Positions 38,925 to 51,394 are shown, counted from the first letter of the stretch. The stretch: DNA of 55,186 nt from Acidithiobacillus sp. (GCA_037440305.1 JBBIUH010000001.1:1-55186), one strand, 5' to 3'. Translations and numbers: made by a program. Notes: generated from the sequence alone by a model not told the origin.

Positions 38925-38927
38925 AGC

Positions 38928-39404
38928 TCACCTGGCAATGGTATTGGTGCGACGGATTTTTTTCTGCAACTGAATCAGGCCGAAAAGCAAGGCCTCGGCA
39001 GTAGGTGGGCAACCCGGCACATAAATATCCACGGGCACAATGCGGTCACAGCCCCGCACGATGCTGTAGGAATAATGATAATAGCCGCCGCCGTTGGCGC
39101 AGGAACCCATGGACACTACCCAGCGAGGTTCCGGCATCTGGTCATAGACCTTGCGCAAGGCTGGCGCCATCTTGTTGACCAGCGTCCCCGCCACGATCAT
39201 CACGTCGGACTGGCGCGGACTGGGACGGAAGACAATGCCGAAGCGATCCAGATCGTAGCGCGCAGCGCCAGCGTGCATCATCTCTACCGCACAGCAGGCG
39301 AGACCGAAGGTCATGGGCCAGAGAGAACCGGTACGGCTCCAATTCACCACGGTATCAATACTCGTGGTGACGAAGCCTTTTTCGAGGATACCTTCTATTC
39401 CCAT
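38928..39404 (-). CDS. nuoB: NADH-quinone oxidoreductase subunit B
   Basis: [16 protein letters not shown]. Confidence 0.97.
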   Translation of the reverse strand: MGIEGILEKGFVTTSIDTVVNWSRTGSLWPMTFGLACCAVEMMHAGAARYDLDRFGIVFRPSPRQSDVMIVAGTLVNKMAPALRKVYDQMPEPRWVVSMGSCANGGGYYHYSYSIVRGCDRIVPVDIYVPGCPPTAEALLFGLIQLQKKIRRTNTIAR

Positions 39405-39751
39405 TCCAGCGCCCCCTTCTTCCACTCATAAATGAAGCCGACGACGAGAATGGCAAGGAAGATCATCATGGCGAGAAAACCCATCATCCCGATCTGATCG
39501 AAGACCACCGCCCAGGGAAAGAGAAAGGCAATCTCCAGATCAAAGAGAATGAAGAGGATGGCCACAAGATAGTAGCGCACGTCGAATTTCACGCGCGCGT
39601 CCTCAAAAGCCTCGAACCCGCATTCATAGGGTGAGAGCTTTTCACTGTCCGGCTTGCTTGGCCCCAGCGAAGCCCCCATCAACAGCGAGACCACGCCAAC
39701 CACCAATGCAACGAGCAGAAATACGAGCACTGGCAAATAGTGGTTCAACAT
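39395..39751 (-). CDS. nuoA: NADH-quinone oxidoreductase subunit A
   Basis: [20 protein letters not shown]. Confidence 0.97.
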   Translation of the reverse strand: MLNHYLPVLVFLLVALVVGVVSLLMGASLGPSKPDSEKLSPYECGFEAFEDARVKFDVRYYLVAILFILFDLEIAFLFPWAVVFDQIGMMGFLAMMIFLAILVVGFIYEWKKGALEWE

Positions 39752-39857
39752 CCCCAACCCCCTCCACCCAATCCGGGCCCCGGAAAACCTCATCCAAAAG
39801 CCACCTATAAATTATTTTTCTTATATATAAATCAGAGCCCTGTCGGAACCCAGAGAC

Positions 39858-39879
39858 AAAAAAACAGCCCTATAGGCTG
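39858..39879 (-). terminator. Terminator after tRNA-Leu
   Basis: CAGCC-TATAG-GGCTG followed by TTTTTTT on the minus strand. Confidence 0.6.
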
Positions 39880-39884
39880 CAATT

Positions 39885-39969
39885 TGGTGCCGAAGACCGG
39901 ACTCGAACCGGTACAGCTTGCGCCGCCGCCCCCTCAAGACGGTGTGTCTACCAATTTCACCACTTCGGC
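39885..39969 (-). tRNA. tRNA-Leu(GAG)
   Basis: GCCGAAGTGGTGAAATTGGTAGAC...TTGAGGG, long variable arm, ...CTTCGGCACCA. Confidence 0.97.
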
Positions 39970-40006
39970 TTAATACCTAAAACTCTCTCATGACACGCTA
40001 ACGACG

Positions 40007-40408
40007 TCAAGGCTTGACGGGGGGTTTTCCTGCAGAAGCAGAAGAAACCGCACCGGCCGCCGGACCCGCTGTTGTTGCTACCGACTGCGTCGGAGCAGCA
40101 ACGACGGGTGCTACAGATCCCGCTGGTGTCACCGGCACTTTGCCAGGCAAGGCGATACCAGAAACCATACTGCTGCTGGAATGGTCGGAAAGATAGGCCA
40201 ATCCGAGGCTGTTCAAAAAAAACACGGCGCCAATCACGGCAGTGGTGTGGCTCAGGAAATTGCCCGCACCGCGCGCACCGAAAAGGGTCTGCGAACCGCC
40301 GCCGCCGAAAACCGCGCCGATATCCGCACCCTGCCCCTTCTGAATCAGAATAAGCCCCACCAGGACGATACAAATAATGACCTGGAATACCAGCAACGCC
40401 GTGTACAT
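40007..40408 (-). CDS. secG: Preprotein translocase subunit SecG
   Basis: ILIQKGQGADIGAVFGGG; tpiA-secG-tRNA-Leu synteny. Confidence 0.95.
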   Translation of the reverse strand: MYTALLVFQVIICIVLVGLILIQKGQGADIGAVFGGGGSQTLFGARGAGNFLSHTTAVIGAVFFLNSLGLAYLSDHSSSSMVSGIALPGKVPVTPAGSVAPVVAAPTQSVATTAGPAAGAVSSASAGKPPVKP

Positions 40409-40412
40409 CGAC

Positions 40413-41186
40413 TCAGCCTCCTCGTCCTGCCGACTCGGCAGCACGACAAATTTGGATAAACTCACCCGCCTGCAAGGAAGCACCACCGATCAGGCCACCG
40501 TCAATGTCCACCTGGTCAAAAAGTGCGGCTGCATTGTTACCTTTAACGCTCCCGCCGTAAAGCATTAAGAGACGTTTGGCGAGTTGCGCCGAGTATGCAG
40601 CCACCAACCCACGGATGAAGGCATGCACCGCCTGTGCCTGTTCGGGGCTGGCACTCAGACCGGTGCCAATGGCCCAAACGGGTTCATAAGCAATGATCAT
40701 ATTGGGCTGGCTCGCTTCGAGATTTAACAGCGGCAGGATGGCTTCGACCTGACGGCGCAATACCGCCTCCGTGGCACCTTGCGCACGCTCCGCTTCAGTT
40801 TCACCCACACAAACCACGGGGACAAGACCTGACAGCAACGCCGCCTTAACCTTCTGGGTGACCTGCAGATCACTTTCCGCAAAGATTTGCCGTCGCTCTG
40901 AGTGCCCAATCAGCACATAGCGGCACCCCATATCACGCAGCATGGCCCCAGATATTTCTCCCGTATAGGCACCGCTGGCCTCCCAGAAGAGGTTTTGCCC
41001 GCCCCAGCGCAAGGCGCTGCTTTTGGCCTCCTGAGAGACTGCGTGGAGCAGGGTAAAAGGCGGGAATATCACCACCTCCGGACGCATCGGCTCCAGCCCG
41101 GCATGGAGGATGGCTTGGGTGAGGTGCACCGCATCCGCACCCAAGCCATTCATCTTCCAGTTTCCTGCTACCATTGTGGGACGCAC
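40413..41186 (-). CDS. tpiA: Triosephosphate isomerase
   Basis: AGNWKM, GHSERR, AYEPVWAIGTG. Confidence 0.98.
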   Translation of the reverse strand: MRPTMVAGNWKMNGLGADAVHLTQAILHAGLEPMRPEVVIFPPFTLLHAVSQEAKSSALRWGGQNLFWEASGAYTGEISGAMLRDMGCRYVLIGHSERRQIFAESDLQVTQKVKAALLSGLVPVVCVGETEAERAQGATEAVLRRQVEAILPLLNLEASQPNMIIAYEPVWAIGTGLSASPEQAQAVHAFIRGLVAAYSAQLAKRLLMLYGGSVKGNNAAALFDQVDIDGGLIGGASLQAGEFIQICRAAESAGRGG

Positions 41187-41301
41187 GGCAATTCTTCCTT
41201 ATGATCAATGTCTACGACGACCTCATCGCCCCTGGGGTTGCCGATGGCACGGTCATGATTATCTAATGTAGCGGTCAGTGTAAAGATTCAGCCTCGAATG
41301 G

Positions 41302-42666
41302 TCAATTTAGTGCTCCCGGGACCGCGTGGATAAGGGCCAGCTTGGCCAACTCTGCGGTCAGCATCGCCGCCACGTCGGCCGCCACGTCGGCAGATGCCGC
41401 CTCTACCATGATCCGCAATACGGGTTCCGTACCGGATGGCCGTACGAGTAAGCGTCCGGTTCCTCCCAGACGATCCTCCGCATCCGCAATAAGTTGATGC
41501 GCTAATGGCTGGTCGAGCAAACTGTGCGCACCCGCCATGCGCACGCTCTTCAACACCTGAGGAAAAGGACGGTAGCCTTCGCGCAACACTGCCAGCGCCT
41601 CACCAGCGCGGCGCAGGATAGCCAATATCCGCAGCGCGGCAAGGATGCCATCGCCGGTAGTGTTCGCGGGTGTAATGATGTGCCCCGATGACTCGCCACC
41701 CAACGGATAACCATGGCGACGCATGGCCTCCAGCACATAACGGTCACCTACGGGCGCGCGCAACATAGGCACACCGCAGCCAGCCAGCGCCTGTTCCAGA
41801 GCGAGATTAGTCATGACCGTACCGACCACACCAGAAAGCTCGCCGTGCTGGCACATATCCCGTGCCAGCAACCAGAGAATTTCATCACCGTCGAGTAATT
41901 CACCCTGATCGTCCACCAAGAGCAGACGATCACCGTCACCATCAAAGGCAATGCCCATGTCTGCGCCGGTGCGGAGCACTGCGGCACGCAGCGCTTCGGG
42001 ATGGGTGGAGCCCACCTGATCGTTGATATTGATGCCGTTGGGCTCTGCCCCCAACAATTCCAGGGTGGCCCCCAACTCCCCGAAAATCATCGGCGCCACT
42101 TTGTAATTGGCACCGTGCGCGCAGTCCAGGACCAGATGCATACCGCGCAGGTCGAGATCGGCGGGAAAGGTGGTTTTGCAAAACTCTACATAGCGGCCCG
42201 CCGCGTCATCGACCCGCCGCGCCTTACCCAGACGCTCTGATGCAGACAGGGTCATGGGCCGGTCCATCCATGCCTCGATGGCCTCCTCCTGGGCGTCCGG
42301 CAGCTTATAACCGTCTCCAGAGAAAAATTTGATGCCATTGTCCTGATAGGGATTGTGCGAGGCGCTAATGACAATACCGGCATCCGCGCGCAAGGTGCGG
42401 GTCAGATAGGCGATGGCCGGTGTCGGCAGGGGTCCAACCAGCAAAACATCAACGCCCGCCGCCGCCAGACCAGACTCCAGAGCGGACTCCAGCATGTATC
42501 CCGATAAACGGGTATCCTTGCCGATAACCACCCGGGGCCGACCCGGCGCGTCGGCCGTGAGCACATGTCCAGCGGCCCAGCCCAGGCGGAGAACCCATTC
42601 AGGATGAATAACGGAATCACCGACCTGACCGCGCACCCCGTCGGTCCCAAACCATTTTCTCGCCAT
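41302..42666 (-). CDS. glmM: Phosphoglucosamine mutase
   Basis: FGTDGVRG, ISASHNP, FDGDGDR. Confidence 0.97.
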   Translation of the reverse strand: MARKWFGTDGVRGQVGDSVIHPEWVLRLGWAAGHVLTADAPGRPRVVIGKDTRLSGYMLESALESGLAAAGVDVLLVGPLPTPAIAYLTRTLRADAGIVISASHNPYQDNGIKFFSGDGYKLPDAQEEAIEAWMDRPMTLSASERLGKARRVDDAAGRYVEFCKTTFPADLDLRGMHLVLDCAHGANYKVAPMIFGELGATLELLGAEPNGININDQVGSTHPEALRAAVLRTGADMGIAFDGDGDRLLLVDDQGELLDGDEILWLLARDMCQHGELSGVVGTVMTNLALEQALAGCGVPMLRAPVGDRYVLEAMRRHGYPLGGESSGHIITPANTTGDGILAALRILAILRRAGEALAVLREGYRPFPQVLKSVRMAGAHSLLDQPLAHQLIADAEDRLGGTGRLLVRPSGTEPVLRIMVEAASADVAADVAAMLTAELAKLALIHAVPGALN

Positions 42667-42752
42667 AGTTTCTTTGACTCCACGTATGGGCGGCCTGTCA
42701 GCGCCTGGAGCGCAACTCTGCCTGTAGTTATAAAAGGTGAATCTTCATTTCT

Positions 42753-43592
42753 TCAACTCAAAGCAATTCCGCGCCAGACCCGCAGTGCCTGCACCGTTTC
42801 CGCCACATCGTGGACGCGCACGACATGGGCGCCGCGCTCTACTGCCCAAAGTGCAGCGGCGATACTGCCCGCCACGCGCTCTACAGCCAGTTCCGCACCG
42901 GAAAGCGCGCCGATCATGCGCTTGCGGGAAAGGCCAACGAGCAGTGGCGCACCTATGGACGCAAAGGCATCCAGATGGCGCAGTAAACTGCAGTTGGCTT
43001 CCAGATCTTTGGCGAAACCAAAGCCGGGATCAATGAGCAGATGTTGTCGGGGAATGCCTGCCGCGACACAATGTTGTATGCGCTCAAGCAGGAAGCTCTT
43101 CACCTCCGCCACCACATCGCCGTAATGGGTTTCTGTTTGCATATTCTGCGGCGTACCCCGCATGTGCATCAGACAGACGGGAACACCCAACCCGGCGATG
43201 GTCTCCAGCGCCAGCGGATCAGCACGCAACGCCGTCACATCATTCATCAGCCCCGCGCCCAAGGACCAGGCGGCGCGCATAACGGCTGCTTTGCTGGTGT
43301 CAATGGAAATGGGCAGCGGCACCTCTGCCGCCACCGCCTCCAATACCGGCAGCAGGCGCCGCAACTCTTCCTCCAGCGCCACCGCTGGCGCCCCAGGACG
43401 GGTGGATTCCGCCCCGATATCGATGATATCGGCGCCCTCTTCCCACATCCGTTTGGCGCGCGCAAGAGCAGCATCCACAGACAGATAGCTGCCGCCGTCG
43501 GAAAAAGAATCCGGGGTGATATTGAGCACCCCCATAACACAAGGGCGCCCGAGAACCAGCGGGCGCCCATTGCAATCCAGCGTCAGGGTCAA
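42753..43592 (-). CDS. folP: Dihydropteroate synthase
   Basis: [29 protein letters not shown]. Confidence 0.97.
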   Translation of the reverse strand: MTLTLDCNGRPLVLGRPCVMGVLNITPDSFSDGGSYLSVDAALARAKRMWEEGADIIDIGAESTRPGAPAVALEEELRRLLPVLEAVAAEVPLPISIDTSKAAVMRAAWSLGAGLMNDVTALRADPLALETIAGLGVPVCLMHMRGTPQNMQTETHYGDVVAEVKSFLLERIQHCVAAGIPRQHLLIDPGFGFAKDLEANCSLLRHLDAFASIGAPLLVGLSRKRMIGALSGAELAVERVAGSIAAALWAVERGAHVVRVHDVAETVQALRVWRGIALS

Positions 43593-45511
43593 ACGGGGTG
43601 TTCTCCCGGATTCAGGCCAGGCAACGGCTGCCCGCCCGATTTGTCGGCCGTCGTGACGTTACCACCGGGTGTGGAGGGATAGTTTCCCGTACCCTCTACC
43701 GGCGGCTGCGGGTCGCGGCCTGCCATAATGTCACTCACCTGCCCCGCGTCCAGCGTTTCATACTTCAGCAGGGCCCGGGCCATGGCCTCGACCTTGTCGC
43801 GATTTTCTTCAATCAGTTTACGGGCAATGCCGTAGCGCTCCTGGATAATATCGCGCACCTCCCCGTCCACGGTTCGCGCCGTCTGCTCGGAGATATTGCT
43901 GTGCTTGGTCATTTCCCGACCAATGAACACCTCTTCCTCTTTTTCACCAATGACCATCGGCCCGATGCCGGACATGCCCCACTGGGTCACCATGCGCCGC
44001 GCCAGGTCGGTGGCACGCTCAATGTCGTTACCCGCGCCCGTCGTCATCTGGTTGAGGAACACTTCTTCTGCAATGCGCCCACCCATGAGAATGGAGATGT
44101 TACAGAGAATTTCCTGACGCTCGTAATTGAAACGATCCTCCGTCGGCAACTGCATGGTGAGCCCCAGAGCCCGGCCGCGCGGAATGATGGTGACTTTATG
44201 CACAGGGTCCGTGCCCGGCAGCAACTTGGCTACCACCGCATGGCCCGACTCGTGATAGGCCGTGGTTTCCCGCTGTTTGTCGCTCATGACCACCGACCTG
44301 CGCTCGGCACCCATCATGACCTTGTCTTTGGCATCTTCAAAGTCATGCATATCCACCAGACGCTTACTCTTACGGGCTGCCATCAGCGCCGCTTCATTGA
44401 CCAGATTGGCCAAGTCCGCGCCGGAGAAACCAGGGGTGCCCCGGGCAATGACCTTGGGGTCTACATCCGGGGCAATCGGCACCTTGCGCATGTGCACCTG
44501 TAGAATCTGCTCGCGTCCGCGAATGTCCGGCAACGGTACCGTGACCTGCCGGTCGAAACGACCGGGCCGCAACAGCGCCGGATCCAGCACATCCGGACGG
44601 TTGGTGGCGGCAACAACGATGATGCCCTCAGTACCTTCGAACCCATCCATCTCCACCAACAACTGATTCAGGGTCTGCTCGCGCTCGTCGTTACCGCCAC
44701 CCAAGCCCGCACCGCGCTGACGACCCACCGCATCGATCTCGTCGATGAAGATAATGCAAGGGGCATGCTTTTTAGCCTGCTCGAACATATCGCGAACCCG
44801 CGATGCGCCGACACCAACAAACATTTCGACAAAATCGGAACCGGAGATAGAGAAGAAAGGTACCCGTGCTTCGCCCGCAATGGCACGCGCCAACAAAGTC
44901 TTACCAGAACCCGGCGAACCCATGAGCAATACGCCCTTGGGAATCCGTCCACCAAGGCGCTGGAACTTCTGCGGATCGCGCAGGAATTCAACGATCTCTG
45001 CAAGCTCATCCTTGGCTTCTTCAATACCCGCCACATCGGCAAAAGTGACCTTGTTGTTTTCTTCCGTCAGCATCCGCGCCTTGCTGCGACCGAAAGTCAT
45101 CGCTCCCCGACCGCCCGCGCCACCACCGCCCATCTGGCGCATGAAGAAAATCCACACACCGATCAGCAACAGCATCGGGAACCACGAGATGAGGATGGAA
45201 AGCAACAGTGATTGCCCTTCCGGCGGCTTGACCGAAATCTTCACCCCGGCAGCCAGCAGTTGGGGAACGATTTGCGTGTCGTTTGCCGGAGTGTAGACGC
45301 TGAATTGCTGCCCGGAGCTGAGGCTGCCATTCACATGATTGCCGTTGATGGTGACATCGGCGACCTGACCCTGCTTGACACTATTCACGAAGGTCGAGAA
45401 ATCCATAGCCTGGGCCGGCGTCGAACTACTCGTATTGAGGTTCTGAAACACCAGCATCAGAATGACGCCAATCGCCACCCACAACAGCACATTTTTTAAG
45501 ACATTATTCAT
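43589..45511 (-). CDS. ftsH: ATP-dependent zinc metalloprotease FtsH
   Basis: Two TMs, Walker [14 protein letters not shown]. Confidence 0.98.
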   Translation of the reverse strand: MNNVLKNVLLWVAIGVILMLVFQNLNTSSSTPAQAMDFSTFVNSVKQGQVADVTINGNHVNGSLSSGQQFSVYTPANDTQIVPQLLAAGVKISVKPPEGQSLLLSILISWFPMLLLIGVWIFFMRQMGGGGAGGRGAMTFGRSKARMLTEENNKVTFADVAGIEEAKDELAEIVEFLRDPQKFQRLGGRIPKGVLLMGSPGSGKTLLARAIAGEARVPFFSISGSDFVEMFVGVGASRVRDMFEQAKKHAPCIIFIDEIDAVGRQRGAGLGGGNDEREQTLNQLLVEMDGFEGTEGIIVVAATNRPDVLDPALLRPGRFDRQVTVPLPDIRGREQILQVHMRKVPIAPDVDPKVIARGTPGFSGADLANLVNEAALMAARKSKRLVDMHDFEDAKDKVMMGAERRSVVMSDKQRETTAYHESGHAVVAKLLPGTDPVHKVTIIPRGRALGLTMQLPTEDRFNYERQEILCNISILMGGRIAEEVFLNQMTTGAGNDIERATDLARRMVTQWGMSGIGPMVIGEKEEEVFIGREMTKHSNISEQTARTVDGEVRDIIQERYGIARKLIEENRDKVEAMARALLKYETLDAGQVSDIMAGRDPQPPVEGTGNYPSTPGGNVTTADKSGGQPLPGLNPGEHPV

Positions 45512-45607
45512 TCGCACACCCCCCAAACGGGAGAATTAGACCGATTATAAGACCAATATATCGTTCGATGTTAGTCTTCCCAAGACCACCTGACAAGAGC
45601 AGGGCTC

Positions 45608-47053
45608 TCAACCTTGTGTTCCACCCACGGTCAGATCACGGATTTTCAGCGTCGGCTGCCCAACACCTACGGGCACGCTCTGGCCATCCTTGCCACAGGT
45701 GCCCACTCCCGTATCTAGTTGGAGGTCGTTGCCGATCATTTCAACCCTGGTGAGCACATCCGGGCCGTTGCCAATCAGGGTGGCGCCTTTGACTGGCCGG
45801 ATTATCCTCCCATTTTCAATAAGATACGCTTCAGAGGCGGAAAAAACGAACTTGCCGTTAGTGATATCCACCTGGCCGCCCCCGAAGTTGACGGCATAGA
45901 GCCCACGTTTAACACTGGCGATGATTTCCTGGGGATCGCGATCCCCGGCCCGCATGTAGGTGTTGGTCATCCGCGGCATGGGCAAGTGCGCGTAGGATTC
46001 GCGACGCCCGTTACCCGTCGACCGCGTTCCGGTCAGGCGCGCATTGAGGGTATCCTGCAAGTAGCCTATGAGGATGCCATCTTCAATCAGCGTCGTGCAC
46101 TGGGTCGGGGTTCCTTCATCATCGACGTTCAGGCTGCCGCGGCGGCCATCCAGAGTACCATCATCGACAACCGTGACGCCCGGCGCAGCGACCCGCTGGC
46201 CGACCCGGCCACTGAAGGCGCTGGTACCCTTGCGGTTGAAGTCACCCTCCAGACCATGGCCGATAGCCTCATGCAGCAATATGCCCGGCCATCCCGGCCC
46301 GAGGACCACTTCCATGCAGCCGGCAGGGGCCGCCTCCGCCTCCAGATTGACGAGAGCCTGACGCACGGCCTCCCGGGCAAAGTCTTCAGCCATGTCGCCC
46401 TGAAGAAAGGTCTGATAATCGTAACGACCGCCGCCACCAGCACTGCCCTGCTCGCGCCGACCGCCCTGCTCGACAATGACGGAGACGTTGAGGCGCACCA
46501 GGGGGCGCACGTCGGCAGCCATGGTGCCATTGAGGCGCGCCACCAGCACCACCTCAAAACGGGCACTCAGGCTGGCCATCACCTGAACGATGCGCGGATC
46601 ACAGGCCCGGGCGGCCCATTCCACGCGCTCCAACAGGGCGATTTTCTCGTTATTGGGAAGAGAAGCCAGAGGATCGACAGGCGGATAGAGCGCCAGCCCC
46701 TGACGCTGCTGCCAGACCAGCCCTTTCTCCTGTCCCGGATGATGGACAATGGCACGCGCCGCATCTGCCGCCGTCAGCAACGCATCCACGGCGATTTCGT
46801 CAGAATAGGCCAGACCCTGACGTTCACCGCGCACCGCCCGCACACCCACGCCTTGTTCGATAGAGTGACTGCCCGACTTCACGACCCCTTCTTCCAGACT
46901 GAAGCCCTCGCTGCGGCTGTATTGAAAATACAGGTCAGCGTCGTCCAGGGCGCGATGGGAGAGGCGACCGAATACTTTTTCCAACTCCCCTTCGCTGATT
47001 CCGCCGGGAGCAAAAAGAGTAGCGCGGGCAATTTCCAAGGCTGAGGCAGTCAT
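45608..47053 (-). CDS. tldD: Metalloprotease TldD
   Basis: [29 protein letters not shown]. Confidence 0.96.
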   Translation of the reverse strand: MTASALEIARATLFAPGGISEGELEKVFGRLSHRALDDADLYFQYSRSEGFSLEEGVVKSGSHSIEQGVGVRAVRGERQGLAYSDEIAVDALLTAADAARAIVHHPGQEKGLVWQQRQGLALYPPVDPLASLPNNEKIALLERVEWAARACDPRIVQVMASLSARFEVVLVARLNGTMAADVRPLVRLNVSVIVEQGGRREQGSAGGGGRYDYQTFLQGDMAEDFAREAVRQALVNLEAEAAPAGCMEVVLGPGWPGILLHEAIGHGLEGDFNRKGTSAFSGRVGQRVAAPGVTVVDDGTLDGRRGSLNVDDEGTPTQCTTLIEDGILIGYLQDTLNARLTGTRSTGNGRRESYAHLPMPRMTNTYMRAGDRDPQEIIASVKRGLYAVNFGGGQVDITNGKFVFSASEAYLIENGRIIRPVKGATLIGNGPDVLTRVEMIGNDLQLDTGVGTCGKDGQSVPVGVGQPTLKIRDLTVGGTQG

Positions 47054-47201
47054 GACGTTCCTTCCTGACAGATAATGTGACCAGTATGCGCCCAACCGGT
47101 GGTTTAGAACAAGTCCAAATCCATAAACCGACAGAGGTACCTTGCCGCCCGCCCACGGACAAGAGATAAAATTTCATTGTGAAATGATACTCCTGGCTAG
47201 G

Positions 47202-47285
47202 TTATCCACATCTTTTGCCAGACTTGTGCACGACATTACGCACAAGATATAGTTGACACCAGCAGAAACAGGTCTATATTTAGTG
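47202..47285 (+). promoter_or_regulatory. nrdAB promoter region with a DnaA box and tandem NrdR-box-like sites
   Basis: TTATCCACA at 47202; CACAAGATATAGTTG (47241) and GGTCTATATTTAGTG (47271) 30 bp apart; TTGACA at 47253. Confidence 0.7.
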
Positions 47286-47386
47286 CTTGGGCGCTCTGCG
47301 ATCCGTTTTTGCACGCCGCCCCGGCGTATCCCTTTACGCTGCCTCGCAGTTTGCGTCCACTATCGCCCCGATCATAGGAGTCGCCC

Positions 47387-50239
47387 ATGTCCAATCCTGC
47401 CGCCCAGGCCATCATCAGCAATCCTGCCTACGACCCTTCCGAAGCCAGTCATTACAAAGTCATTCGTCGCAACAACGCGATGGTCAGTTTTGACGCCGGC
47501 AAGATCCACATCGCCATGACGAAGGCCTTCCTGGCCGTGGAAGGCGGCAGCGGAGCGGCCAGCGCGCGCGTCCGTGACCTCGTCAGCCGTCTGACGGAAC
47601 AGGTGATTGAAGCACTGAAACGGCGCCAGCCGGGTGGCGGCACCTTTCACATTGAAGACATTCAGGATCAGGTGGAACTGGCGCTCATGCGCGCTGGCGA
47701 ACACGAAGTCGCCAGGGCCTATGTACTTTATCGCGAGGAGCGCGCGCGGGAACGCCGCCAGCAAGCTGTGGCGGGAACCCCAGCCGAGACCCCGGTTATC
47801 AAGGTCAGCCATCCGGATGGCAGCCAGCGGGCACTGGACATGGCACGACTGCGCGCCGTCATCGAAGAAGCCTGCAGTGGCCTGGGCACCGCCGTGTCGA
47901 TAGATGCCATCCTCGGCAACACCGTCAAGAATCTCTACGACGGTATCAGCGAGGATGAGCTGTTTCAGGCCCCCATTCTTGCCAGCCGGGTGCTGATCGA
48001 GCGCGATCCCGCCTACGCCTATGCCTCGGCGCGGCTGCTCCTCGACCGCGTGCGCTGGGAGGTGCTCGGTGAGCCGACGACTCAGGCGGAGATGACCGCA
48101 CGTTATCCCCAGTATTTCCGCGACTATCTGCAAACCGGCATCCAGAATGAGCTGATCGACCCGCGTCTGGGGCAATATGATCTGGAGCGTATCAGCGCCG
48201 CGCTCAGGCCGGAGCGGGACCTGAACTTCCAGTATCTGGGCATGCAAATTCTGTATGACCGCTACTTTTTGCATGTGCGGGAGCGTCGCATCGAATTGCC
48301 GCAGGCCTTCTGGATGCGGGTGGCCATGGGGCTGGCGCTCAATGAAATCGACCGCGAAACCCATGCCATTGCCTTTTATGAAGTGCTGTCCAGCTTCGAC
48401 TTCGTCAGCTCGACGCCGACCTTATTCAATGCCGGAACCTTGCGTCCGCAGTTATCCAGTTGCTTCCTGACCACGGTGGGTGACGACCTTGATGACATCT
48501 ACGAAGCCATCAAGGAAAACGCCATGCTCTCCAAGTTCAGTGGCGGCCTGGGGAACGACTGGACGCCGGTGCGCGCCCTGGGGTCCTTCATCAAAGGCAC
48601 CAATGGCAAGTCGCAGGGCGTCGTCCCCTTCCTCAAGGTGGTCAATGACACGGCGGTGGCGGTCAATCAGGGCGGCAAGCGCAAGGGCGCGGTCTGTGCC
48701 TACCTGGAAACCTGGCACATGGATATCGAGGAATTCCTCGAACTGCGCAAAAACACCGGCGACGACCGCCGCCGCACCCACGACATGAATACCGCCAACT
48801 GGATCCCTGACCTCTTCATGGAGCGCGTGGAAAGCAACGCCATGTGGACGCTGTTCAGCCCCAACGAAACGCCAGATTTGCACGACCTCACCGGGTCGGC
48901 CTTCCGGGAGCGCTATGAGCACTACGAGCGCATGGCGGATGCGGGCGGCATCGAGTTGTTCAAGCGCATGCCCGCCATTCATCTCTGGCGCAAGATGCTG
49001 ACCATGCTCTTCGAGACCGGCCATCCCTGGATCACCTTCAAGGACCCCTGCAACCTGCGCAGCCCGCAGCAGCACGTCGGGGTGGTGCACAGCTCCAATC
49101 TCTGCACCGAAATCACCCTCAACACCAATGCCAGGGAAATTGCCGTCTGCAACCTGGGGTCCGTCAACCTGGTGTCCCATTTGCGGGCAACGACGAGCAC
49201 CGACTCCGGCGCATTACGCGAGGACAGCAGCCCGGAAGAGTTGCTGGCGCTGATGGATGAGGAGAAGTTGAGCCGCACCATTCGGGTGGCCATGCGGATG
49301 CTGGATAATGTCATCGACATGAACTACTACGCCGTCGCCAAGGCGCGCAACAGCAATCTGCGGCACCGGCCGGTGGGCCTGGGGCTGATGGGCTTCTCCG
49401 ATGCCTTGTTGCAGATGCGGATTCCTTACGCTTCGGCCGCAGCCCTCGCCTTTGCCGATATCAGCCAGGAAGTCATTTCCTACCATGCCATTGATGCGTC
49501 GGCCGATCTAGCCCGTGAACGGGGCAGCTATCAGAGCTTCCCAGGGTCCCTATGGAGTCAGGGTATCCTGCCCATCGACAGCATCGAACGGCTCGCGGCC
49601 AGCCGCGAGCACGGCGTGGATGTGGACCGCAGCCAGCGCCTGAATTGGGCCGCGCTGCGCGACAAGGTCAAAGCGGGGATACGCAACAGCAATTGCCTGG
49701 CTATCGCGCCGACCGCCACCATCTCCAACATTGTCGGTGTCAGCCAGGGTATTGAGCCGATTTACCAGAACCTCTATGTCAAATCCAACCTGTCCGGCGA
49801 GTTTACGGTGGTGAACAGCTGTCTGGTCCACGATCTGAAACGCCTGGAACTCTGGGATGAGGTCATGGTCAATGACTTGAAATACTTCGATGGTTCGGTC
49901 ATGCCCGTGGATCGCATTCCGGCCAGCATCAAGCCCTTGTATGCCAATGCCTTTGAAACCGACCCGGAATGGCTGGTGGAAGCGGCCGCACGGCGGCAGA
50001 AATGGCTGGATCAGGCCCAGAGTCTCAACCTCTATTTCGGCCAGCCTTCCGGCAAGAAAATCGACGAGACCTACCGGCTGGCCTGGAAACGCGGCCTGAA
50101 AACCACCTACTACCTGCGCTCACTGGGCGCCACGGCAGCGGAAAAATCGACGGTGCAGACGGGCACCCTCAATGCGGTTGTATCAGGTCAACCCAAAGCC
50201 TGCGCGATTGATGATCCGACTTGTGAAGCCTGCCAGTGA
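47387..50239 (+). CDS. nrdA: Class Ia ribonucleotide reductase alpha subunit with two N-terminal ATP-cone-like domains
   Basis: STPTLFNAG..QLSSC, SNLCTEI, KTTYY, C-terminal CEAC. Confidence 0.97.
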   Translation: MSNPAAQAIISNPAYDPSEASHYKVIRRNNAMVSFDAGKIHIAMTKAFLAVEGGSGAASARVRDLVSRLTEQVIEALKRRQPGGGTFHIEDIQDQVELALMRAGEHEVARAYVLYREERARERRQQAVAGTPAETPVIKVSHPDGSQRALDMARLRAVIEEACSGLGTAVSIDAILGNTVKNLYDGISEDELFQAPILASRVLIERDPAYAYASARLLLDRVRWEVLGEPTTQAEMTARYPQYFRDYLQTGIQNELIDPRLGQYDLERISAALRPERDLNFQYLGMQILYDRYFLHVRERRIELPQAFWMRVAMGLALNEIDRETHAIAFYEVLSSFDFVSSTPTLFNAGTLRPQLSSCFLTTVGDDLDDIYEAIKENAMLSKFSGGLGNDWTPVRALGSFIKGTNGKSQGVVPFLKVVNDTAVAVNQGGKRKGAVCAYLETWHMDIEEFLELRKNTGDDRRRTHDMNTANWIPDLFMERVESNAMWTLFSPNETPDLHDLTGSAFRERYEHYERMADAGGIELFKRMPAIHLWRKMLTMLFETGHPWITFKDPCNLRSPQQHVGVVHSSNLCTEITLNTNAREIAVCNLGSVNLVSHLRATTSTDSGALREDSSPEELLALMDEEKLSRTIRVAMRMLDNVIDMNYYAVAKARNSNLRHRPVGLGLMGFSDALLQMRIPYASAAALAFADISQEVISYHAIDASADLARERGSYQSFPGSLWSQGILPIDSIERLAASREHGVDVDRSQRLNWAALRDKVKAGIRNSNCLAIAPTATISNIVGVSQGIEPIYQNLYVKSNLSGEFTVVNSCLVHDLKRLELWDEVMVNDLKYFDGSVMPVDRIPASIKPLYANAFETDPEWLVEAAARRQKWLDQAQSLNLYFGQPSGKKIDETYRLAWKRGLKTTYYLRSLGATAAEKSTVQTGTLNAVVSGQPKACAIDDPTCEACQ

Positions 50240-50269
50240 TACGGGAATGGTTTAAAAAAGGAAAACATC

Positions 50270-51394
50270 ATGTTAAGTTTTGAAGAAAATCTTCGTAAGG
50301 AACCCATTCTCAATGGACCGTTAGCGATGCGTCCGGAGCATGTTAGTGGCATCGAGGAGGCTGACATGACCGGTTTTGAACGGGTGCGCGCCGAAGACAA
50401 GCGCATCATTAACGGCCACGCCGATGTCAACCAACTGGTGCCCTTCAAATACCAGTGGGCCTGGGACAAATACCTCGCCGCCTGCGCCAACCACTGGATG
50501 CCGCAGGAAATTCAGATGTCCAGGGACATCGCCCTGTGGAAGGACCCCAAGGGATTGACCGAAGACGAGCGGCGTATCGTGAAGCGCAATCTGGGCTTTT
50601 TTGTGACGGCGGACAGTCTGGCGGCCAACAACATTGTGCTGGGCACATATCGTCACATCACCGCCCCGGAATGCCGCCAGTATATGCTGCGCCAGGCCTT
50701 TGAAGAGGCCATTCATACCCACGCCTATCAATACATTGTCGAATCCATAGGCCTTGATGAGGGCGAGATATTCAACATGTACCATGAGGTGCCATCGGTA
50801 CGGGATAAGGATCAGTTTCTGATGCCCTTTATCGACATTCTGGCGGACCCCCATTTCAAAACCGGCACCCTGGAAAATGATCAGAAGTTATTACGCTCGC
50901 TGATCGTGTTTGCGGCGATTATGGAAGGCACCTTTTTCTATGTGGGTTTCAGCCAGATTCTGGCGATGGGCCGGCAGAACAAAATGGTGGGCGCGGCGGA
51001 GCAGTATCAGTACATCCTGCGCGATGAATCCATGCACTGCAATTTCGGTATCGATATGGCCAACCAGATCAAGGTGGAAAATCCGCAACTCTGGACGGAG
51101 GCTTTCCAGCAGGAAATCATCGACTTGATCCGCCATGGCGTAGAGCTGGAATGTGCTTACGCCGACGATACCATGCCCCGCGGTGTGCTCGGCCTGAATG
51201 CCCCGGTCTTCAGGGAATACGTCAAATATATCGGCAATCGCCGCCTGGTGCAGCTCGGTTTGCCGCAGCAGTATCCGGGCGTACAGAATCCCTTCCCGTG
51301 GATGAGCGAAATGATGGATCTCAAGAAGGAAAAGAACTTTTTTGAGACGCGGGTCACCGAGTATCAGACCGGCGGGGCGCTGAGCTGGGAATAA
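50270..51394 (+). CDS. nrdB: Class I ribonucleotide reductase beta subunit
   Basis: EEAIHTHAY (radical Tyr present), RDESMH, NFFE..VTEY. Confidence 0.97.
   Translation: MLSFEENLRKEPILNGPLAMRPEHVSGIEEADMTGFERVRAEDKRIINGHADVNQLVPFKYQWAWDKYLAACANHWMPQEIQMSRDIALWKDPKGLTEDERRIVKRNLGFFVTADSLAANNIVLGTYRHITAPECRQYMLRQAFEEAIHTHAYQYIVESIGLDEGEIFNMYHEVPSVRDKDQFLMPFIDILADPHFKTGTLENDQKLLRSLIVFAAIMEGTFFYVGFSQILAMGRQNKMVGAAEQYQYILRDESMHCNFGIDMANQIKVENPQLWTEAFQQEIIDLIRHGVELECAYADDTMPRGVLGLNAPVFREYVKYIGNRRLVQLGLPQQYPGVQNPFPWMSEMMDLKKEKNFFETRVTEYQTGGALSWE

Noticed and set aside
49180-49270. Short insertion-like segment in NrdA (RATTSTDSGALREDSSPEELL) considered as an intein or intron
   Set aside because: Too short and lacks intein splice motifs; the frame is continuous, so probably a surface loop.
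50270-51394. NrdB as a class Ic (Mn/Fe, Tyr-less) subunit
   Set aside because: The radical-position Tyr is present (EAIHTHAY).
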